Below, piece after piece: positions 38,435-49,100 of a stretch of 57,135 bases of DNA. The position numbers and the translations under genes were made by a program. Numbering within the stretch: position 1 is the first letter of the stretch; each line of letters opens with the position of its first letter. The notes under the pieces are model-generated. The model did not search any database and had not been told where the DNA came from. It worked only from the letters and a program-made list of their open reading frames with translations. The DNA comes from a virus (Duplodnaviria > Caudoviricetes). The DNA lies in the IMG/VR virus record IMGVR_UViG_3300001336_000023, positions 1 through 57,135 of that record. One strand, given 5' to 3'.

Positions 38435-38777
38435 AGAAGAATCAAAAAAACCTATAGCAACAGCTATAGCACTTTTAAGAAAAGAAATAAGAGAACTCAA
38501 TGAAAAAATTTATAAGACAAGATTAGAAGGTTTTGTCCCAGAAGGAGAGATAATGAAAATGATTCATCCTGAATTTATCGTACGTATACAAGAAGAGCAA
38601 AAAGAACTTAGAGAGCGTTACATAAAATTACGTGACTTTATGCGTTCAAAAAAATACAGTGATTTAAGTACAGCAGAGAAACTCTTACTAGAAAAACAAT
38701 TAGAACATATGGACGATTATGAACGTATTCTTATTATCCGTTTAGCAATATACGGAATTAAAATAGACGAAGAATAA
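38421..38777 (+). CDS. Helical-hairpin protein, crAss001_48-like C-terminal domain
   Basis: RIQEEQKELRERYIKLRDF...LLEKQLEHMDDYERILIIRL pattern. Confidence 0.6.
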   Translation: MRTYEEESKKPIATAIALLRKEIRELNEKIYKTRLEGFVPEGEIMKMIHPEFIVRIQEEQKELRERYIKLRDFMRSKKYSDLSTAEKLLLEKQLEHMDDYERILIIRLAIYGIKIDEE

Positions 38778-38840
38778 GTATCATTTAGTGAAAAAATTTA
38801 TGAGCTGAGGCTACAAAGCCTTATACAGAAAGGAAAAACA

Positions 38841-39101
38841 ATGAATCCATTATTAACATTTGGAGAAGCAATTAAAGCATTAAAAGAAGGTAAAAAAGTT
38901 TACCGTATGGGGTGGAACGGGGTTGGAATGTGGCTTGAACTACAACGACCTGATACACATTCAAAAATGACTGCACCTTATATTTACATTGAATATCCAA
39001 AGAATCCTAAACACCATGCTCACCCAGACGGTTTTCGAGGACCTTGGACAGCATCAATGAACGACATGTTAGCAGAAGATTGGATGATTAAATATGATTA
39101 A
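38841..39101 (+). CDS. DUF2829 / Tad2-like protein
   Basis: TFGEAIKALKEGKKVYRMGWNGVGM...PYIYI...PWTASMNDMLAEDW family signature. Confidence 0.85.
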   Translation: MNPLLTFGEAIKALKEGKKVYRMGWNGVGMWLELQRPDTHSKMTAPYIYIEYPKNPKHHAHPDGFRGPWTASMNDMLAEDWMIKYD

Positions 39102-39864
39102 AAAATTGATCCTAACCCTACTTATTGTCCTTACAGCATTCACATTAACCGCTTGTGAGGAACCTGAAGTTGAAGAACCACCTCAAGAAGAGTACCAAAC
39201 TTTGTGTATCGCACAAGACAATTTCTTATTCTATGAATCAACGATTGAAACAATGCTAGGAAACAAAGACGTACACATGATGATTACCCCTCACGGTGAC
39301 GTAGAAATACCTACAGGAATTTATGAAGATGCAATTGATTGGGAATACCAAGCATTGTGTTATAGGACTTTAAACGGAATTGCAGAAACTTATTTATCTG
39401 CCCGTAAAGCAGAAACAAAACCCGAACCTATTATTGAAGTAATCACAGAAACAGTGGAAGTCATTAAAGAAGTTGAGGTATATACCCACGCAGTAGTAGA
39501 AACAATGCCTGAGCTCTTTGTACAAGATGCTCCAGGAGCAATTTATCTAGATACAAATTTGGCATGGATTTACTTCCCTATTCGAAATAATAATATTGAA
39601 GGTGAGGAATTCCAAGAAGGCGATTTTTTGTTAATTACTTATGTCGCGAATATCAGGACATTCCAACCCAACCAATTGTGGAAAGCATCAGCAACACACT
39701 ACAGATTAGGTATCGCACTCAAAACAGTAACCACCCCCGAAGAGTATATCACTATCGGGGACAACACACTCGAAGAGTATATCACCGGTGTATTCGAGAA
39801 TCCATCTAATTTAGAATCGGTTTATACAGAACTTTATGAATTTTTATATCCGAGTACAGAATAA
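39094..39864 (+). CDS. Lipoprotein
   Basis: MIKKLILTLLIVLTAFTLTAC signal peptide with LTAC lipobox. Confidence 0.85.
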   Translation: MIKKLILTLLIVLTAFTLTACEEPEVEEPPQEEYQTLCIAQDNFLFYESTIETMLGNKDVHMMITPHGDVEIPTGIYEDAIDWEYQALCYRTLNGIAETYLSARKAETKPEPIIEVITETVEVIKEVEVYTHAVVETMPELFVQDAPGAIYLDTNLAWIYFPIRNNNIEGEEFQEGDFLLITYVANIRTFQPNQLWKASATHYRLGIALKTVTTPEEYITIGDNTLEEYITGVFENPSNLESVYTELYEFLYPSTE

Positions 39865-40070
39865 TGGAAGAACAAAATAGTACAACAATCTTTACAGTAC
39901 CGATAAAGTATCGTAAATACCTAGGAGCAAAAGTTTTTGTATACGACGAAAAAACACATATAGGAGGCACATTCCCTATTAACAAAAAGCCTTTTACAAT
40001 TGATGCATTTAGATTAAAATTGCTTAAAGATAAACTAGCAAATGTAGATAAAAATTTAGGTGTGGGCTAA
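39864..40070 (+). CDS. Small protein similar to C-terminal domain of 6307-6888
   Basis: TAATG coupling; shared P..Y..YLG / PI[DN]...F.I / KL...D pattern. Confidence 0.7.
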   Translation: MEEQNSTTIFTVPIKYRKYLGAKVFVYDEKTHIGGTFPINKKPFTIDAFRLKLLKDKLANVDKNLGVG

Positions 40071-40076
40071 GCAAAA

Positions 40077-40110
40077 GAAAAGGTAGAGTTTTCCAACTCT
40101 GCCTTTTTTA
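40077..40110. terminator. Bidirectional terminator between convergent transcription units
   Basis: A tract - AGGTAGAGTT-ttcc-AACTCTGCCT - T tract. Confidence 0.85.
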
Positions 40111-40119
40111 TTTGGTCAA

Positions 40120-43100
40120 CTAGCGTCGATACGGATGCTGTGTTTCTGCCCAGCGATATCTCGTTTTGTCCATTGGGCTATATTGTAGGTGTCCATATGC
40201 ACGGAAGGATGTACGTTCTGAGTTCGTAGGTTTTGCAAAGTTTGCATTTCTTGAAAGAAAAGCTGTTCTAGGATAAGCACTACGTCCTCCGTAGTAAGGG
40301 TCCACCAGACTAGGGAATATGTTGTCTAGACTTTTTGCGTTCCCTGATGCTACGTTTGCTATGTTCTTTACTTGATTTAGCCCTGGACTTCTCATGATTC
40401 TGTCTTGTGTATCTAAGTCAGAGTCCGGTGTGATTCGTGTTGACATGTTTCTAATTAATGGGTTAATCTTTCTAACCAATTGATCAGGTATTCCTGTTTG
40501 TTTTTGCATACCTGTAAAGGTTAATGCGTCTGCAAATGTGAATCCTGTTTGTAAAGCATAATTACCAATAGGGATATTCCCTCGTGACATTTGATATTGT
40601 GCGTAATCATTGTCGTCTATTTCGTCTCCCCAAGCGAGAAGCATTGCTTTAGAAAGAGTTCTTGCAGTTACTGCATCTTGGTAAAACGCTTCGTTCCAAA
40701 ACTCAATACTTCGGATTGGATAAGATACGAATGGAATAACCATCTCAGCCCATACTTCTGCTTGTGTTTTGTTTGCGTAGTTGAAGTGGGTCTTGAGTAT
40801 TTTGTTCAACGATTCATTGACTGTGAGTCCTTTACGTATATCATTGATGTGTAATCCTAGACGTCCTACAGTTTCTGACCAACCATTGATTTGTAAATTT
40901 GCTCCCCATGGTGTGTATTTTCCATATAGACCTTTTGTGTAGGCTTTCATAATTAAAGAGTCTTGTCCTTGGCCAATAATCCCTTGACGCATGTGCATCA
41001 TCATTTGATGAGCCTCGCTTGCTGCTGCCGGTGTACTGACAAAGTCATCTACAAATTTTGTAATTTCTAAGTCTTCTAATTCTTTTGCACTGAATGTGTG
41101 CCCTTGTTTTGTTTTTGCTTCAATGAGTAAGTCTATCCAACTTATTGCATAGTCTTTTTTCCTTGCGGAATAACTTACTAATTCTGCTGCTTCATTATAA
41201 TATTTTGTATAAGTGTTGTGCCAACGCATAGCAACAAATGTATCATACCATACTGACACAGGAGCAAGTACTCCTCCTTCTGCCGCAACTACATTCTTTA
41301 AGTTAATATCAAAGAAGTTGTTTGTGAAGAAATTGACTGTTGTAAGTGAGAATACTTTTAATGGCATAATTAAGCCTTTATGTATTGCTTTTGCTAGAGG
41401 GTTACTCAGTTGATATTTTTGTTTTGTTACACGTTCTAATTCATGGATGCTGTGTTGGTCTAGTACACCCATAGGTAACATCTCTGTATGTGCGCCTATT
41501 CCCCAATCACTTACGTCTGCACGTTTTAGAGCAATGTCTAAAGCGTCTGTTTTTGAGTTTGCACGGAGTAGGTTGTCTAGTTCCATGATATGTTCTACTT
41601 TTGGGTTGTGTACTCTACGCACTGCGTACCCTGATTTTACTCCTTCGTCTTTCACAAGCATTACAACATCATGACCTGCTTTTCTTATATACTTTAAGAA
41701 TTCTTTTGCTCCTTCTCTTCCTTCGCCATACTGTGTACGTATGTGTCTGTAACTGTCACTGAAAGATTTTTGGATATTGTCAATTGTTTGTGCTTTAGTG
41801 TATTTGAATACTTCACTCTCTTTGATGACCCCTGTTTCATACCCTTTAGATAAGGCTTCATAATATTTTTGATCATAAGACCCTGTTAAGTAATCATAAT
41901 AAGTGGCATAGATTCTTTTTTCAAATTCTATATAAGCGTCTGGATCAACCATTTCGCCACCTTGTTTTGTTTTTAAGTATCCTTTATAAGGGTCTCCTCC
42001 CCATTCTCGAATTGGTGCAAACTTTTCATTTAGTTCTTTAAAGTAAGGGTCGTCTACGGCTAATAAGTTTCTCATAATGTCTGCTTTGATATTACGTCCT
42101 TTTGTATTAGCACGATTGCTATATGCAAAGCGCATGATGTCTTCAGGGTCTCCTAAGTTTTCTAATAAGCGATGCATGATTTTTAGTTCAGGACGATTGT
42201 CTTGGTAAGGTATCGCATCTTCGACTGTCTTTGTAATATCATCACTAAATAACATATTCATTAAACGTGTTATTGATCTTTGTGTTCGGCTGTAGTCTGT
42301 TAAGCGTAAAACACTTGCACTACCTTTACGTGCCAAGTCTCCAATATTCACTATGTCTGCGAAGTACTCCGGATTCTCTACACCAATTTCTTTTGGTAAG
42401 CTTCCTTTTTTCAATCCTTCTTGGATTCCTCGGATATAGGCTTTCCATTCTCCTACTTGTACAGGGTTGAGTTCTGATGCAGCATTTTTGTACTTGATAT
42501 CTCTTAATGGTTTACGGATATTTTCCATTGCGCCATGAATGATTTCTGACAACTCTTGGTAAATGATACTTGCTTTTTGTTGTGCAGCATAATCCATAGT
42601 ATTCGTTTCAAAGAATGCTGTAGGGTCTAAGATAGACTGTTTCATTACTTCGTATAACCTGTTCGTATACTTTGTTGTAGGGTTGAGCATTATTGCTTCT
42701 TCAGGGAATCCTCTATCCTTTAGACTACGTATTCTACGCTGTATGTAGGTGTAGAACTCTTGTAGGGCACTGTTCGATAAATGGTCTTCGTCAAACTTAC
42801 TGATCATTTTGTTCGCTTCAGTACCCTTCATGATTTTTATAAAGTCTGTAAATGATTCAAATTCTGAAAACTCAGATACATTTCCTTTTAATAATTGTTG
42901 TCTGTGGTTTCTTATTTTTTTGTTTAACACTTTATCAACGTTGTACATTAAATCGTACATATCGTGATAAATAATCCTTGATCCTAAAGGCCCTTTAAAA
43001 TAAGCTTTATTGCTATCCAAAGTTTCTTTAGTGCGCAAGATTTCGAATATTCTTTCTTGGGTTTTTGTGTAGTCATTTGTCGCCTCCATATTTTCTATTA

Positions 43101-46100
43101 ATTTTGTTAGTGGGTCTTCTTTGAAGTTTGCTTTAAATGAACGTACAAGACCTTTACCTTTTATCTTAGGGTCCACACTGTGTTTAATAATTCCATCGTG
43201 TTGCGCTTGGATTAATTTTTGGTACATATATTCCCTAAAGAAAGCAGACATACGTTGATCGGCTGAGCTGCCTTCTATTCCTTCTTGTAAGACCGCATTT
43301 TGTATACGGTGGTATTCTTCGTTTTTTGTAAATTCGTTGAGGATGCTTATGTGATTCTTCATAGCGGAGTCTTGTAACACTGCAACTTCATTACCATATT
43401 GATAAGATAATTGTTCTGCATAATGTTCTGATTGTTTCTTTGTCAATCCATTAGGCCCTAATATTTTTTCGTCGATAGTCGTACGTAAATCTTCTAATAA
43501 GCGTAATGAGTCTTCTTCTAAAGAATATGTATCATCTAATGCAGAAAGACCTAGACTGTCTAATTTTGCATGTACACGTCCTAGAAGTCCTTCTACTCTT
43601 GTAGCTTCTTGATGTAAAGACTGTAGGCTAAGTATTTGTCTTTCACGCATCGCAGTAATATCTCCTTCACGAACAATGCGAATTGTTTTGTTTAGTTGTT
43701 TACGTAAGTCTTCACGGAACTCTAATAATTCACTGATATCTTCTACTAGTATATCAATATCGGTTCGCGCGTTAATGATACCCTTTTCGAGAAGGTCGTT
43801 GTATACTTCATCAACACGGTAATAGTCTTCAACCTTTTGGCGTATAGTTTGACTTGTTCCATCTAAGTCAGGGATATCAATGTATTTTTCATAGGCTACA
43901 CTATCACCTAACTCATCTGCGATATCCTGCATCATATCAATAATATCTTCGCTATACCCTTCACGTCCTGCAATGTTAAGCTCTTCTAAATCTTTTGCAT
44001 TTAGGTAATTCTTAGCCATACTATACTGTCCTTCAGTGGCTGCCATTTCTGCTATGTCATCTACGCCTGAGTCTGCTCCATAGAGTAATCTGTAAGTTAT
44101 TTCTGCATCATATGCAGCATTGTGGAAGTAGGACTTGCCATCTGGACGTGCGTTTGTTTTTACACCTTGTGCTAATTTGTTTAGTATTGTATCATCATAA
44201 GCTCGTTGAGCAATATCTTTTAATCCGCTTTTACCACCTTTTGAATTGATGCGGAAAATTGGTAAAGTATCAAATATGTATTTATCTTTGATCCCTAATT
44301 TGAAAAGCATGTTCGCATCATGTTTTGCATTTTGTGCAATAACGACATCAATATCTTTTAAAAGTTCTTGCACTTTTCCGCTTACGATATCAAATTCTTC
44401 TGCAACATCTTCATAATGCATAGGGTCAATCCCTGTAAATTCAAAGAAGTAATCTCCGTGATTGTATTTCTTTTTTACTTTAGCAAAAAATTCATGACGT
44501 TCTACCTTAATTGTTCCGTCAGGTAATTTACGTCTTACGACTAAAGCTATTTGTGTAGGGTGTTTAACATTAGGATCGGGGTCCGGCATATCTTCCATGT
44601 CTAGTGTTGCAGTATTGTAATCATAAAGATCGCCCTCTAAAGTTTTGTTTGAGTATTTCCCATCACTATCTAAGTAAGTCATAATAGATGGCGGTTCTTC
44701 TACTTTGTGTCTATAGAACCCTCCTACGTATGTGTTTGTTGTGTATTCATCAATGTTGTTGTGCATCGTGTTAAATATTCCTTCTTTAGAGAAAGGGCCA
44801 CGTTGTCCTTCTAGTTGACTGCTGACCTCGTGAATCTTTTTCCCATCTACCATTTCTGTAGTAATGTTTAGGCTTAATGCGTTTTGGTCTTTTTTAAGAA
44901 GCGTAAATACTTCTTCAAATTGTTCTGTAACATACAGGTCTCTAAAAGTTTCGATTTCACGCATCATGTCTTCTGTACCTTTATATTTGTTCAAGATAAT
45001 TTCACGTGCTTTAGCTTCTCTTGGTGTTGTCATATCTTCTATAGTTTTTAAACGTTCAGCGAGTTCGTCTAAACTTTTGTTGTATTTTTGTACTCGTTTA
45101 AAACGACGCAATAATTCAGGACTGAACTCTGCGATAATATCTTCAGGGATATGTTTATGTAAATCTAAAGTGTAAAAGTCTTCTTGAAAGATTGGGCGTA
45201 AAATACGTCTAGCAAAAGCTTCGATTGCTTCAGCAGTATGCATTCCTCCGAGGCTTGCTTGTTTTTTCATATTGTCAATAACGTTAAACATTTGCCTTAT
45301 TTCAAACTTGTATAATATACCTTTAGTTAAAGGGACATCATCATTAATGAAGATCGATGCATTGATAAAGTCTTCAGGGCTACTGTCCTTACTCATAAGA
45401 ATACGTTCGATTTCTTTTTTTGGGTCATCTTGCATACTGTATAGTTTTACTTTACGGAAAAGTTCTCTTGTTTCTTTTGTATGCAATCTCTTATATAGTA
45501 ATTCTTGGTCTTGTATTTGACGATATAGTTGCGTGTGTTCATTTGCAATTTTGTAAAATGTCGTATGTACTTGTTCGTTTACTTTTTCTAAGAAACGGTA
45601 CAAAGTTAAATCAGTGATTTCTACATCGATATCTTTTGCTCCAGCATATTCTTCAAATGAACGGCGTAACTTATTAATAATGTCTTCCATTTTCCCAAAG
45701 TCTTGACGTTCTGTTTGAATTGCTTTGATGATATCATCTATTGCTAATCGATGCTGTATGTAGTTTTGTCCTTCTAACTGATCAAGGTGTTTTGTAATTT
45801 TAGTATTTTTTATACGACGTTTAACTTTTGTAAAACTTTGCCCAAGTCCTACTGTACGTAATTCTGTGATCAAATTATTGACAGTATTGTGTACACTAAT
45901 AATGAGTTGTTCGATTTCAGAAGGAGTTCCAGCATTTTTATAAGCAACGTTTCCTAAAGAATCTATAGGTCTTATGTGGTGCTTGTAACCTAAGTTTCTT
46001 AATACGTTTTTCCCTACACGTAAATTGGCTATAACTTGAGCAAACATGTTTCCGTTGTGTAAATCTTTTACATAGTACAACATATCTTGTGTAGACATAC

Positions 46101-49100
46101 TTGCAACAAGTTCCGTGTTTAATCCTTCAAATAGTTTCCCCCATATACCTTTATCTGTTTTATTATAAGTTTCTTTTGCTTCTGCAATAGCAGCTTTCCC
46201 AACATCTGTCATGTCATCTGCGTAACGTACTTCGCGTTCTAGTATAGTTTTATACGCTGTGAATGCATCTTCAAAAACTTTGTACTCTTCCATTTGACTA
46301 GCGTTTAAACCATCAGGTCCTTTATTCAGTAATGTCATAAGGAATTGTCCTGCTGCTTTCTTATCTCCCATAATTCCTTCAGTATAGTCTAAGTACAGTC
46401 TGCTTGCACTCTTGTAGTTCATGTATATAATATCTTCTGCTTGATTACGTCCTGCTATATATTTCCCTGTGCGAATTTTTTCAAAGAAATTAATATTTTG
46501 TTGTAAAGTTTTAAATATTTTTGCACTAGGAGCACTTTCAGTAAACTTTTTACTCATAAAGTCTTTCATAAAATTGGCCAATGCATTTTTTGCGTTTTCT
46601 TCTTTTTTGATTTCTTCTGTAAGTTCTTTAATTACCTTTTCATTTTTTGTGTATTCTTTCCCCTTGTTTATCTTTTGTGCTTCAAAACTTTCTTTAAGTT
46701 TCTTTGCATCATTCAAACGAGACTCCAATCCTTCTATCGTTAAGTCCCCTTGTTTAGTGTAAAATATCTCGATATCTTTTGCCGCTTGGAGGATGATATC
46801 TTCTGTGTACATATTCCCCTTCAATGCTTCTTTTAAAATTTTTGTATGTAGATCATCATACAGTTTTCTTTGCATTGTAATATCGTAGTCTAGTCCTTCA
46901 AAACGGTTATTGAGATTGTCTATTAAGCGAATAGCGTCTTTGTATTCTTCTATCATTTCTTTACGCCCATCAGCAGCAATGAAACGTTTAAGGTCTTCTA
47001 TTCTTTTGAAACGTTTGTGGATTTCTTTTAAACGTGCTTCATTGTTTTTGATGAATTTATAATAGTCTTCGATGTATGTATCTGCAAGCGCACGAAAAGC
47101 ACGGTAAGTATTTTCATTACCGGGGCGTTTTAAAAAGGCAATAAGAAAGTCCGCTTGTTGAGTATTCGTTGTAAGGACTTCCAAAACATCTAGAATTTGT
47201 TTAGCGAAATTGTATTCGCGTTCTAAATTCTTTTTTAAAGACATTGCTTTACTTAAAACTTCAGAACCTTTTTTCTCTGTTTCGTCTAAACGTTTTAGAT
47301 GTTCTCCTGCTTCACGTATTTCAGTAGTATATTTTTTCAACCCCTCTTCGTTTGCACGAGATAAGAGACGTTTTGTTGCAGCAGTATCTCCATACTTTTT
47401 AATGTGTGCGTTGATACCTGCAATAGTTTGTTGTACTTGTTTCTCAAGACCTTCAGTCTGGTTACTCTTTAAAAGAGCATCTTCGTATGCACGTTGTTCT
47501 TGTAACAGCTTAACATACTCTTCGGTTTCTTTGTTGAAGTCTTCTCCTGCATCCATACGTCGATTGAAGTTATCTAATAAATTTGTACGTTCTGCTTCCA
47601 TTTGACTAAGGGATTTTTCAAAACTATAAATTTCTTGATTTGCTGTTTGTACTTGTTTAGAATTTTGTACGTTAAGTTCACGTGTACGGTATTCTCTTAA
47701 TAAAGATTCGCGTTCTTGTACTTTACCAAATCGATAATTTCTAAGGCTTTGTCCTTCTTCAATCTTTAAATCTTTACGCATTTGTGCTATACGTTTTGTG
47801 TGTCTATCGATTTCTTTTGCACGAGCGTTAGGGATATTGATATAATCCTCATATATTTTTAACTGTTCTTGTAGTCGCTCTCTACGTTTGAGGATGTCAT
47901 AAATAAGCTCATTATGTTTAAAGGCTTCGTATCTATCTTTAAGAAAAGCAAGATCTTTCTTTGGCTCTTTAAGAGCTTTTTCTATAAGTTCTTTTTTCTT
48001 TTCCATACTCTTAGGCACTTTACGTTTTTTCCATTTTTTCATTTGTTCATGATGTTCTTTTAGTGCTCTTTCATACTCATCGACAGTTTCTTGTGTTTGG
48101 TCTATTGCGTTGCGATAATATTTTGCCGTAACCGCATCATCAGGATTATACTCTGCACCATTATAGTATTCTAGCTCATCATTTGCTTCAGCTAATTGTT
48201 GTTTTATTTTATCTATATTATGCTTAGGGTTTGTGTTTTCTAAACGTAATTTATCTATACTTAGCTCGTACTCTAATGTGTGTATTCGTTCTGACGCTAA
48301 AAGGTCCGCCGCATAAGAACGATCAAAAACTTCTAAACCAGTTGTATAATTTCCTCGTTGTGCTCCAATGTCTTGGATTCTAATATCATACAATTCTTCT
48401 AACTCTGCGATCGTACGTTTATTTTTTTCTATCTCACGAGCCTTTTGGATTTGTAGGTCTTCAATTCTCTTCAATTCTGATTCACTAGGTGCTTCTGCTT
48501 TTTTTAAAGCGTCTTGTAAGTTAATTATCTCTTTCTCTTTAGCAGCGATACTTTCTCTTTGATGCCCAATACGGCTGTACGTTTGTCTTATTTCAAGACG
48601 GACTTCAGGATCATATTTGTTTATATCAAAATTGACTAGACGACTTTTTAAATTCGCTAATCGTTTTTCTTTTTCAGCAATAGCAACTTCCATACCTTTA
48701 CGGTAACTTGCGTGTTTTACACTCTCTAAACTTGCTTTTGTTTTTTCTAACTCTTCAAGTTCGTCTAAACGTTCAATAAGGTTTTCCATTTTTGTAACAC
48801 GTAAATCGAGACTTTCTTTTTCCAACTCATGATGGTCTTTTAAAACACGGATGATGTCGTCTCTTGCAACGATGCTTCTTTCTAAAGCGTCTTTTGTTTC
48901 AGATATACGTGCTTCTATTTCGATTTCTTCTTGTACTAAATCTAGATTAGAATGTTCTTTTGTCATTTTTGCTTTTTTATCTGCAATACGTTTTAATTCT
49001 TTTTCATACGTTTTGATATCTTTCTTTGCTTTTGTAACACGTGCAACACTTTCTTTTTGTTTAATAAGAACTTCTACTTCACGGTACGATATAAACGCTT

